Shown: positions 13,505 to 23,655 of the stretch, in pieces
How the letters are laid out: every line of letters starts with the position of its first letter
Numbering within the stretch: position 1 is the stretch's first letter
DNA from: Azolla caroliniana
Taxonomy: Eukaryota; Plantae; Polypodiophyta
Reading direction: 5' to 3'
Assembly: GCA_043228905.1 (NCBI GenBank)
Contig: JBHGNT010000004.1
Coordinates: forward strand, 15,500,001-15,564,000
Length of the DNA: 64,000 nucleotides
The notes under the pieces: model-generated
What the model was told of the DNA's origin: nothing
The model's input: the letters and a program-made list of their open reading frames with translations, nothing else
The model's database searches: none
Made by a program: the position numbers and the translations under genes

Positions 13505-14007
13505 TGTTAGGAAACAGGTCCCTTCGGATGGGAAGTGAGAAGAACTATGCTGATGAGCAACTCGGCCAAGGCCGAAACCGGAAATCGTGGAGATAGCCAA
13601 CACGGAAGTGCTAAACTTGTAAATAGTCGAAAGGTTACATTGGTATATAAGTACTTAGGGCAATCATGTTCGTGTGGGCGTTATTTGAAAAGTTACTGTC
13701 GATGAGGTTGTTGCCTCTGTAACTGTGAGAGTGAACGAGTGTGAGTGGAAGCGTGTGAGCTCCATAGCCGTCTGTTGGCGAAGCAGGATCTTGAGGTCGT
13801 TGCCTCTAAGATCTCTGATTGTATTCCTTTCTCTCATAGTGTTTTATTTCGGAGTTTGTGGACTCCACGTGGTTTTTCCCTGGTTCGGGTTTCCACGTTA
13901 AAATCTGTGTCATTCTCAGTTTCTGTATTCTGTTTTTCCTTTCCATTAGATTGACTATTATTCTGCACACGTACAACCGGTTGCAGCCGACAACGATTTT
14001 AACTTCA
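13505..14007 (+). mobile_element. Copia solo LTR (related to family B)
   Basis: TGTTAGG...AACTTCA. TSD TCTGT/TTTGT. Interrupts the gag zinc-knuckle codons GLC|LYC. Confidence 0.85.
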
Positions 14008-14027
14008 TTTGTCTCTATTGTGGTAAC

Positions 14028-14878
14028 TGACGGGAACTGCACGCTCCCTATACGCAACGCTCGTCCACAACCGAGCTTAGAATCATACACAGAAAACGGG
14101 AAATAATGAACGACACGAAGAAGAGACGAGTACGCAGGATGTTTACGTGGAAAAACCCAAACTAAGGGAAAAACCACAGCAACCCACAGGCTGCAAACTA
14201 TCACTATGTTAGAATGTACAACAGTGAGTTCATGGAGGCAACGACCTCGTGCTCACGATCCTCGCCACAGGCGTCGGTTACAACAGAGGCAATGACCTCT
14301 TTCTCTCTCTCACTCTTTGTACACTGTTACACACTCTCTCTCTCTCCTTGCACCAACCAGAATGACAACAACAGCTACATAACACTATAAGTTTGCCCTA
14401 AGTCATATTTATACTAATATGAATTTTCGGCTATTTACAAAATATAGCCTTGATGGACTCTCAGAAACATATTTACGAATATGTCTCTTCATCCGGTGAG
14501 CACTCCTCACCGGGTCTGCACCATCCGGCTCTCCGTAGCCGGGTACTCCTCATCCGGTTCTCACCGGGTCTACACCATCCGGCTCTCTGTAGCCGGGTAC
14601 TCCTCATCCGGTTCTCACCGAGTCTGCACCATCCGGCTCTCCGTAGCCGGGTACTCCTCATCTGGTTCTCACCGGGTCTGCACCATCCGGCTCTCCGAAA
14701 CCAGGTACTCCTCATCCGGTTCTCACCGGGTCTACACCATCCGGCTCTCCGTAGCTGGGTAGTCCTCATCCGGTTCTCACCGGGTCTGCACCATCCGGCT
14801 CTCCGTAGCCGGGTACTCCTCATACGGTTTCGGCACTGTTCTTCTCCCTTCCCATCCGGAGGGACCTGTCTCCCAACA
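14028..14878 (-). mobile_element. Copia solo LTR (related to family B) with an internal minisatellite
   Basis: Minus strand starts TGTTGGGAGACAGGTCCCTCCGGATGGGA, as in LTR 11593. Perfect TSD GTAAC (14023-14027 and 14879-14883). Confidence 0.9.
14506..14829. repeat. 54-bp minisatellite, 6 copies, in the LTR U3 region
   Basis: Unit CTCACCGGGTCTGCACCATCCGGCTCTCCGTAGCCGGGTACTCCTCATCCGGTT at 14506, 14560, 14614, 14668, 14722 and 14776. Confidence 0.95.
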
Positions 14879-17247
14879 GTAACCCTGGCCATGTAATCCA
14901 CCATTGCCCGGTGCGGGGTCTTCGCACCAATTCCACTGTGCACAAATTGCGGAGGTTCCTCGACAACAGGAAAACGACCAAGTCCGGTTGCAGTAGGAGC
15001 CATGCCATTGGACGCTTCCCGTTACTACCTTCTTCAAGCTCCTACAAGTCTGTTCCACCATTAGGAGGGTTTTCTTTGCAAGTCTTTGTTTTGGGTCAAC
15101 ATCAATACACTCTCATGCTTTGCTTGACTCCGGAGCATCCACTTGTTTTATCGATATATCGTTTGTCCATGCACATAATATCCCCACCATCCGCACCTCA
15201 CAACCCATATCTGTTGAAGCGATCAACGGTTGAGTTCTCTCTTCGGGGGCGGTTACAGAAGTCACTATTCCGTTGGTACTTCAAGTCAAGCCCCACCATG
15301 AGGTACTAACCTTCTACCTCATCGCAACCCCCCGACATCCGATTGTTTTGGGGCTAACTTGGTTGGAGATACAAAATCCGATAGTGGATTGGTGCAATCA
15401 CTCCATCACTTTTCCGGTGCAGCCGATTCCGGCTGGGTCAGTACATTCTCTTGATTCTGGTGCGGCCGATTCTAGCTTGGTCGCTACACTAGCCGTTTTG
15501 TCGCGGGACATCTCCGTTCCTGTCAACAATTTTCCTTCACGACATAGCGACTTTTCGGATATATTCAAGAAGCACAATGCAGATCGGTTACCGGCACATC
15601 GGCCCTACGATTGCCCAATCAAACTCCAAGCTGGTGAGCATCCGCCATTCGGGCCAATCTATGGGCTATCAGAACCTGAACTTGAGGCTCTCCGCACATA
15701 TCTAGCTGATAACCTCGTGAAGGGCTGCATTTAACCTTCCAAGTCACCGGCCGGGGCCCCAATTTTATTTGTCAAGAAGAAGGACAACTCATTACGCCTA
15801 TGTGTGGATTATCGGGGTCTCAACAAAGTTATGGTGTGTAATCGCTATCCCTTGCCCTTAATTCCAACGCTCCTCAATCGACTCCGAACCGGGCGTATCT
15901 TCTCCAAAATCAACCTGCGGGGAGCCTACAATCTAGTGCGCATCAAGCCCGGGGACGAGTGGAAAATGGCCTTTCAGACGTGCTATGGGCATTTCGAGTA
16001 CAAGGTGATTCCTTTTAGCCTTACCAATGCCCCATCAGTCTTCCAACACATGATGAACGATATATTTTGGGAGTACCTTGATCACTTTGTCGTAATCTAC
16101 CTTGACGACATCCTAGTTTTTTCTTCCAACTTAGAGGAGCACACACAACATGTCTGGCTTGTTCTAACCAAACTTCAGGAATATGGGCTTTACGCCAAAA
16201 GTGAGAAGTGCGAATTCAATCGAACCTCTATCAAATTCCTAGGTTACATGATCTCACCCACCGAGATCACAATGGATAAGCGCAAGGTAGAGGCAATCAC
16301 CGATTAGCCTCTCCCGACTCGTTTGAAAGAGGTACAATCATTTCTTGGTTTCGCAAATTTCTATAGAAGATTTGTAGACCCCCCCCCCCCCCCCCCCCCC
16401 TCCGCATACAATGCTTTTGAGATCCTCAAAGTAGGTTTTCTCTCATCCCCAATGTTGGTTCACCCAAACCCCAAGAGACCCTTGCAGGTTGAAACATATG
16501 CATCCGACTTCGCCATTGGCGAGGTTGTGTCCCAGCCAAACGACGACGACACACTACATCTAGTTGCCTTCTACTCCCAGAAGTTTACAGCCCCGAAAAT
16601 CAATTATCCAGTCTATGACAAGGAGCTTGCAACTATCATCTCTCCCTTCGCTGAATGGCGACCCTACCTCGCTGGGGGCCAACATCGTATCCAGGTGCTA
16701 ACCAACCACAAGAATCTCATCTACTTCACCTCCAGTCATACCTTGAATTGGAGGCAGGCTCGTTGGTCATCTTTTCTCACTGACTACGACTTCGAAATCT
16801 TGTTTCGAACCGGCGTTCAACATGGGAAAGCGGATACCCTCTCTCGGTGACCAGATTTTGCGCTACGCCCAGGTGACGACGCGTATTCTCAGCAATCACA
16901 TTGTTTATTGTGGCCTGATCAACTCCAAATGTTTGCAACCTACATGCTACATGATGATTCCTTGCTCAACGAAATCGCCCAGGCCACCATGTCAGACCCA
17001 TTCGCTACCAACATCCTAACGCGCATCAACGACCCAACCCAAGGAATGCAAAGCTTTGATCTTAGTAACTTTACAACTCATGATGGGCTATTCTATCATA
17101 ATCACCTCCTTTATGTACCAGCTGGAGCATGTCGCACTCGAGTCCTACAAAATTGCCACGATGATCCTCTTGTCGGCCACTTTGGGGTCGCGAAAACACT
17201 AGAGTTGCTACCTCGAGGGTTTTGGTGGCCCCAACCTTGGAAATTTG

Positions 17248-18879
17248 CTACACAAGATCACCTACACTCTTCATTTCTTTACACTTGGCAACATGCATAT
17301 CTACCAAACATATGAATACCTTCAAGTGTTGATAAGACATTGTGGGACATCACCTTTCAGAGGCACTAAGGGAGACCTGTTGATCAGATAGATTACTATC
17401 AACATAGCTTCAGCCCAATACGACTTTGGAAGCTTTGCATGTGACAACATGCCCCTCACTCTTTCCATTATTGTACGATTCATCCCCTCTGCAAGACCAT
17501 TTAGTTCAGGGGTCTTCGACACCGTATATTTGAGTCTTATGCCTTGGGTCTTGCAATACTCCTCGAACTGTCCTCTGTATTCACCACCATTGTCGGTCTA
17601 GACAACCTTCAACTTTCTTCCAGACTCTCTTTCAGCTCTGGCCTAAAATTCCTTGAAGAGCGACAACACTTGATCTTTCGACTTTAGCACGAAAGCCCAC
17701 AACTTCCTACTATAGTTATCAATGAATGTAACAAAATATTTTCCACCACGGTGTGATGGAGCATCCACGTAACATACATCCATGTGGACTAGTTCTAGTT
17801 CACATTCTTTTCTCTTTGGTGGTCTTGAGTGAAACATAGCTCTGTTTTGCTTTCCGACCAGGGAATCGACACACTTCTCCAAGCGTATCCCTTTTACTTC
17901 CGGAAGAAGTTTCTTGTCGGCCAAAATATGAATGCCTCTTTCGCTCATGTGACCAAGCCTCTTATGACATATCTCTCCAATTGGGTCCGTTACCATGTTT
18001 GCTTCATCCTTATACAACATGGCATGCATCACATAGAATGTGCCCTGTTTCTGTGCTCGGGCCACTATGAGACTTCCTTTACAGAACTTCCACATGCCAT
18101 TTTGAAAACTACTACTTCAGCCTTCATCTTCCAATCTTCCAGTCGATATCAGATTCAGCCTGATATCTGGCACATGTCAAACATCCATTAGAGTCACCCT
18201 ACAACCAATCGATGTTGTCAGACATACACTTCCGATACGAGCTATCTTGCATGCTCCATTAACTCCCATCTTTACATAGCCATAATCATTAGTTGTGTAT
18301 TTCCTTATATATAACAGAGATACAAGAGGAAAATCAGATTACAAAGACTCTGTTAAAAAGAGTATTCACCACTTAGAGTTTTGGAAAGTTCACTTAACTA
18401 TGCCTACACTACCTCTCTTGTCTCCTACCTTCCCTCTGTTACACTCTGTTTCTCAATATCTGCTCTACACAGTTCTACACCTTCTACATCCACTATCTTC
18501 ATACCGCTGTGCACACACACCTAAAAATTTGCCCTAGGTTCACATATTTATAGAAGGGTAAGTTATTATAATATTAAAGTAATAATAATAATTTGGCCAA
18601 CTGGTCAACTCAACTGTCCAACCCATACGCCGACAATCTAGTTGATTCGACTAGTCGAGTCCTATGTGGACTATCTAGTCGGTCCGACTAGCAAACTCTG
18701 CCATCGACCATCACGTCGGCCCTACTAGTCGACCTAGTCTTTCATTTGGATCATCCATCTAATACAATCAACTACCTAGTCGACTCGTTGATTGATCCGA
18801 TCGACCATCCTGAATTCAGCTTGTCGACTCCTCCAATTCAATTACTGACTTCTCCCATTAGGAGGGACAACTTCTAATA
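17248..18879 (-). mobile_element. Old Tork-like copia fragment (PR-IN relic plus eroded LTR)
   Basis: ORFs 17643-18095 (HKRLGHMS, YFVTFIDNYSR) and 17322-17522 (TPELNGLAE). LTR-like end GGAGGGACAACTTCTAATA at 18861-18879. Confidence 0.75.
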
Positions 18880-19050
18880 GATGCTGCAAAATTTATCAAC
18901 GGAGAGGAGAGAGAAATTAATGAACAGGGAGAGAAAAGTTCTGTGTGAAAGGAATAGAATGATACACGAAAAAACCATGTCTGTCTGAAGAAGATGTGGA
19001 TGTATAGGAATGCATCATCGGGAGTTGATTATGCATGAGTTCTAAATAAT

Positions 19051-19093
19051 GAAGAAGAAGAAGAAGAAGAAGAAGAAGAAGAAGAAGAAGAAG
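19051..19093. repeat. (GAA)n microsatellite
   Basis: Read directly from the sequence. Confidence 0.95.
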
Positions 19094-19293
19094 ACGGCGG
19101 AGGAGTGTATAGTAAACACATGAGCCACAATTTGTGTGATCATTTCGAAGGATTATTATTGGGTCTTCATGGAGAGGATGAAGACAAGATAAGCGAAAAC
19201 ATTCCTACCAGAAGGGGATGGTCAGCATCTAAGGTTATTTTTTTGTATGAAGAGAATATAGTGATGAGATTTTGGAAGGGCGAGGGAGGGAGG

Positions 19294-19834
19294 TGTTGAG
19301 GATATTACCGGCCACAACCAGTTAATACACTTGCATATGCAGGTGCAAAGTTCAAGACGACAATCCACAGACAAATAGAAATAGAAGTACAGAGACAGAA
19401 GTGTTTTAACGTGGAAAACCTTGAAAGGGGGAAAACCATGGCGAGTCCACAAAACTCCCAAAAACAAATCACTATGGTGGGAGGAATACAGCCAGAAGCT
19501 TCAAGGCAACGACCTTGGCTCTTCTTCATCACAGACGACTATAGAGTTACTCACACACACTCTCTCTCTCTCTCTCTCTCTCTGTCTCCACTCTAGTTAT
19601 AGAGGCAACTACCCTTTACAACAATGATGATCATAGTACAGATAACTACTTTCCCTAACTATATTTATACTCATATACATATATGACTATTTACAAATAT
19701 AGCCCAATCAGATTCGGCCGATTCATCTATCAACCGAATCGGTTATCATTCTTTCGATTTTTTTAGGCGAGTTAACTATCCATCCGATCCGGCTCGTGCT
19801 TTCTTCCCATCCGGAGGGACTAGTTTTCCCAACA
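19294..19834 (-). mobile_element. Copia solo LTR (related to family B)
   Basis: TGTTG...CAACA termini. Minus strand starts TGTTGGGAAAACTAGTCCCTCCGGATGGGA. Flanks GGAGG/TGAGG (4 of 5 match). Confidence 0.82.
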
Positions 19835-20093
19835 TGAGGGAGGGAGTTCTTCCTGCTCCTTGCTTGCTTGCGGTAGGCATTGGACCGACGATTTGTAGAA
19901 GAAGAACCTCAACTGCCTTGTCTTATCTGTTGAATGAAGGAACATTTATTTTGGTTCTTCCTACTTGCTTTCATGTAGAGCGAGTAAAGCACGCGCCCTT
20001 CCCTTCCCTTCCCTTTGTATCTTGTTTGTAGTTCACCGCTTCCTTGCATTCATTGATTCTGTCTTTGAATGCTTTTGTTGTACTTGCAAACGA

Positions 20094-20117
20094 AAGAAGA
20101 AGAAGAAGAAGAAGAAG

Positions 20118-20199
<82 letters not shown>
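20094..20199. repeat. Compound (AAG)n(TAG)n microsatellite
   Basis: Read directly. Explains the homopolymer ORFs at 19965-20326. Confidence 0.95.
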
Positions 20200-20200
<1 letters not shown>

Positions 20201-20734
20201 CTTTTTGGCCTCCGTCACCAGCCACTCTACCTACCTACCTCAACCTGTGAGTTTCATTCATTCATACATCTTATTTATATAGTGTTGAGCGGCAAGCTCA
20301 ACCGGAGCCGGATTGTTATTCTCTAGCCGGACAAGGCCTAACACAAGGTGTCACGGAGACACTTCACCAAAGGGTGATTACGGCATAGGATTAAGATTCA
20401 ACGATTACACCGACTTACATAGGTTACACGATTAGAATGCTTCGGTTAATTACACGCGTAAGATATAACAGTAATTACAGAACGGAAATCAAGACAGAAG
20501 TATAAACAACATAAGCTCTATTAATTATCCGCGCCGATTACAATGGGGTCCGGGCCTTTAAATAGGTTTCCGGCCCGTAGTACAAAACGGTGCCTCTCGC
20601 ACCTATTCGGGATCCGTCCGGATCTGGAACGGCATACCGTTTCCAGTCCGTCCGTCCACACTATGCTCATTTACAACCATATCTAATTAATTCCTTCACT
20701 CCGTATTTTGGACTCCTTGCCGGCCGGTAACACA

Positions 20735-20772
20735 TGGCACGCCCGTGGGACAGTACCTTGTACGTCGAACCC
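20735..20772 (-). other. tRNA-Arg 3'-half mimic in the PPT position of element Z
   Basis: Sense strand reads GGGTTCGA-CGTACAAGGTACT-GTCCCACGGGCGTGCCA-TG|LTR. No purine tract abuts the LTR. Confidence 0.75.
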
Positions 20773-20784
20773 TTCTCGGCCCCT

Positions 20785-23655
20785 TCATTGTTCACCCAAA
20801 TTGTCCAAATTACTTTGTTCAAGAATTTCCACTTGTTCTTCCGGTTTTGGTTGTTGCGGCTGTGCTTGGTGCTGCTGTTGTGGTTGCGGTTGGGACTGAG
20901 GCTGCTCCGGCTGCTCTGCTTGTTGCTGCTGCTCCGTTTGTTTCGCTGACTCCGGCTGCTCCGTTTGTCTCTCTGGCTCCGGCATCTCCGTTTGACTGCT
21001 TCCGGTCCGGTCTCCTTCCAGTAAGGGTTCCTCATCACTGAGGTTGACCGTAACTGGTTCTCGTTCTTTCTCTTCCCGGATCCGGGACCTCTCGTAGCTT
21101 TCAAACTGGATCTGCGCCTCCAGCCTGTCGTCGTCCAGCTGAGCTACAAGTTGCCGGACTTGCTCTAGTTGGTCCTCTGCCAAGGCTTGAAAGTCTTCGG
21201 CCAGCTCATCTCTTATGCCGGTGAAATCTTCAGAATTCAGCATATAGCAATCATCTCCCTCCTTCCGCCGGTTCTCTACGTCGGCCCGGAGCAGTTGGAG
21301 TTCCGCCGCGTTCGTGGCCCACTTGGTCCACCATTTGACGGAACCGTTGTCAATCAAGCTCTTGGTCTGGTTCAACCAGGCCCGCATTATATCCTGGATG
21401 CGACTTGCTCCCATTTGCGCTCTACTTTCCACCACTTGTCGCTCCTCCTTCAACTGCTTGATGAGGTTTGCCGTATCCTCCGCTTGCTCTCTGTAGCGCG
21501 TCAGCTGCCCTTGATATGTCGTTTGCAGCCTCTGCAGTACCTCCGCCGCTCTTTCTTTTTCCGCCTGCTGTTGCCTGAGGAGCTCTGTCCGAACCTTCTC
21601 CGCCTCTTCCAACCGTCTTCTGTTTTCCGCTTGTTCCTTGGCGAATGCGGTTGCGGTCCGATCAACTGCTTGCCGGAGCTCATCCGTCCGTTCCTTGTGC
21701 TCCGTTTGCAACCGTTTATACTCCCGGTGCAATTGCTCAAATTCCTCCGTTTTTTGTTTGAGCTTGCCGTTGATCTGGCGATGGTTCCGGTCCTCCCGGT
21801 CCTTTACCTGCCGGAGTTCCTCTTTCAGGCGCTCTACTTCTGTTTCGGCGTTCCTCCGGAGCCTCTCCTTCTCTTGCAGCATTTTCTCCTTCACCTCCTT
21901 GAGCCGGTCGTACGCTTGGTGGCCTTTCCGTAAGCTCTCCTCGGCCCGGCGTAGATTCTCAGCAGTCTTTTTGAGTTCTGCCTCCGCTGCCGTCTTCAAT
22001 TCTCTTTCGCGGCTCCTCAGCGCTTCTTGGGCAGCTAGCTCATCCTTTAAATCCGCAAGCTCTTGGGCTTGTGCCGCATTTCTCTCCGGAACGGTTTCCG
22101 TTGCCGGGGTCTGATTGCTATGTACAGGTTGATTTGACACTTTATTCTGTACATTGCCCGGAGTCACCGGTGCTTGGACTTGTGTTGTCAAAGCGAATTG
22201 AGCCATTTCCCTTGTGACCCTGTCCAAGTCTTGTTCAAGGCTCCGGATTCTGGACAGGGCCGTCTCTAGATCTACGGTTGTGACGAGCAACCGTTCCTGG
22301 TGCGCTCTCTCTTCCGCCTCTATATACTCGACCGCTCCGGCGATTTGCTCGCCTACCCACCGTAGCCACATGCTACTGGTGCCTTGTTGCTGTACTGGTC
22401 GGGTCGGCTCATTCCCTGTGGAATTGTCTGGCCTGAGTGCCTGCATATGCCGTTCTGGTTCTACTCCTTGGCCGCCGTGTGCTCTGGCTGGGCTCGCCGG
22501 CTGTTGAGTTCCGGTTCTCGCCGTCTCCGGAGCCGTTGGACTGACTTCTTCTATAGAAGTCGACAAGACCGGTTCCCTACGCACCGGTTCCGGTTCTTCC
22601 CTTGTGGTTTGCTCAGGTTGAGTTGGGGGCGTTTCTGCCTCTCGCGGGTACGACCGCTCCCCTCCTGTCTCGGCGGCCCTACTTCTTGACCGTCGTTGGA
22701 GGTGCTCTTCTGGCTCCTCCGTTTCCTCTTCCTGTGTCACGGCATGTTTCTGTGCCGTCAAGGGTTCCGGTTCCTTCTGTCCCGGTCTCCGTAAGGTTAT
22801 CTTGACGGGTCGGACCGGTGACACCTCCTCCGGTTCTGGGACCCGTTTCTTCCCTTTCGTCGCCTTCGACGCCAGCAGCTGCTGTCGTTTGGACGCCGGC
22901 TTCGAGGTGCTTCCTTCCGATACTCTTGGCCGCTTCTTTGGCTGAACGGTCTCGACCGGCGGCACGAGCAATGTTATCCACTGAGCGACGGCATGCCACA
23001 GCTTCCGGCCCTCCTTGCCGTCCTTTCCTCGTACCATGTCGATTGCCACGCACAAACCGTCTGCAATCAACACCGGCCAATCCACCTTGGTCCCTTCATA
23101 GGTGGCTATGATCATCCCTGCCCGATTTTTTGGCATGACAGGGGGTCGGGGGTACACGTGGCCGTACTCATGGAGCACTCGAGCTATCTCCCTGAACAAC
23201 GGATCTTCGCCGCCCTGCGTTCGATAGCCTTTGCCGGCAACAGAGTACTCACCGAAATATCGGGTGAGTTGCTCCGAGGTTGGATTATCAATCTGAAAAA
23301 TTCCTCCCTCCGGAAGGCCTGTTAGCGCACGGATCGCTTCCTCGGTGATGACTTCCTTGTCGAGCTCCTTGATGACCTGGTCGGCTTCTCTGTGCGGTGG
23401 TGCTTCCATGATGGCCAAGAAGCCCTCCAGTCCGTGTTGCCTGAACCATTTCCTGGCCGCTTCCGACAGCGTTTGTGGTTCCATGTCTGCTTCGAGGTCG
23501 AGGAAAGATGGCGAGGTAGAGTGGTGATGAGAGTGAGGACGAGAGAGAGAGCGTTTTGAACGTGGGGGTTCTCTGCGTGCAGGTTCGCGTTTGCTCAGCT
23601 TCCACTGTCTTGGTGCTTCTGTGCTTCTTGGCTCGCGAAATGAAAAGGTCTCCAT
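20785..23655 (-). CDS. Retrotransposon extra ORF2 (956 aa; N-terminally clipped): env-like or plant-mobile-domain-like N-terminus plus long coiled coil
   Basis: Uninterrupted ORF downstream of pol in the sense orientation. ITEEAIRALTGLPEGG and KVDWPVLI motifs. E/K/R/Q-rich heptad region. Homologue at 38085-41912. Confidence 0.85.
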   Translation of the reverse strand: METFSFREPRSTEAPRQWKLSKREPARREPPRSKRSLSRPHSHHHSTSPSFLDLEADMEPQTLSEAARKWFRQHGLEGFLAIMEAPPHREADQVIKELDKEVITEEAIRALTGLPEGGIFQIDNPTSEQLTRYFGEYSVAGKGYRTQGGEDPLFREIARVLHEYGHVYPRPPVMPKNRAGMIIATYEGTKVDWPVLIADGLCVAIDMVRGKDGKEGRKLWHAVAQWITLLVPPVETVQPKKRPRVSEGSTSKPASKRQQLLASKATKGKKRVPEPEEVSPVRPVKITLRRPGQKEPEPLTAQKHAVTQEEETEEPEEHLQRRSRSRAAETGGERSYPREAETPPTQPEQTTREEPEPVRREPVLSTSIEEVSPTAPETARTGTQQPASPARAHGGQGVEPERHMQALRPDNSTGNEPTRPVQQQGTSSMWLRWVGEQIAGAVEYIEAEERAHQERLLVTTVDLETALSRIRSLEQDLDRVTREMAQFALTTQVQAPVTPGNVQNKVSNQPVHSNQTPATETVPERNAAQAQELADLKDELAAQEALRSRERELKTAAEAELKKTAENLRRAEESLRKGHQAYDRLKEVKEKMLQEKERLRRNAETEVERLKEELRQVKDREDRNHRQINGKLKQKTEEFEQLHREYKRLQTEHKERTDELRQAVDRTATAFAKEQAENRRRLEEAEKVRTELLRQQQAEKERAAEVLQRLQTTYQGQLTRYREQAEDTANLIKQLKEERQVVESRAQMGASRIQDIMRAWLNQTKSLIDNGSVKWWTKWATNAAELQLLRADVENRRKEGDDCYMLNSEDFTGIRDELAEDFQALAEDQLEQVRQLVAQLDDDRLEAQIQFESYERSRIREEKEREPVTVNLSDEEPLLEGDRTGSSQTEMPEPERQTEQPESAKQTEQQQQAEQPEQPQSQPQPQQQHQAQPQQPKPEEQVEILEQSNLDNLGEQ

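Larger units (their letters stand above)
12191..17247 (+). mobile_element. Tcn1/Tf1-like chromovirus: partial 5' LTR (to 12562), gag, PR, RT, RH and start of IN; degenerate and 3'-truncated
   Basis: LTR core homologous to 55633-56044. gag ATG at 12590 (EPTVKIPDKFNG). [27 protein letters not shown], and RH YPVYDKEL motifs. Confidence 0.9.

Noticed and set aside
14506-14829. CRISPR-like array or repeat-protein ORFs (14450-14896, 14473-15003)
   Set aside because: Contiguous tandem units with no unique spacers, inside a eukaryotic LTR. The frames stay open only because 54 is a multiple of 3.
19965-20326. Poly-K, -E, -R, -Y and -L ORFs
   Set aside because: Translations of the (AAG)n(TAG)n microsatellite
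20785-23655. ORF2 as a host myosin/SMC gene or a true viral envelope
   Set aside because: It lies between pol and the 3' LTR in two subfamilies, and has no ATPase motif, signal peptide or evident transmembrane helix.
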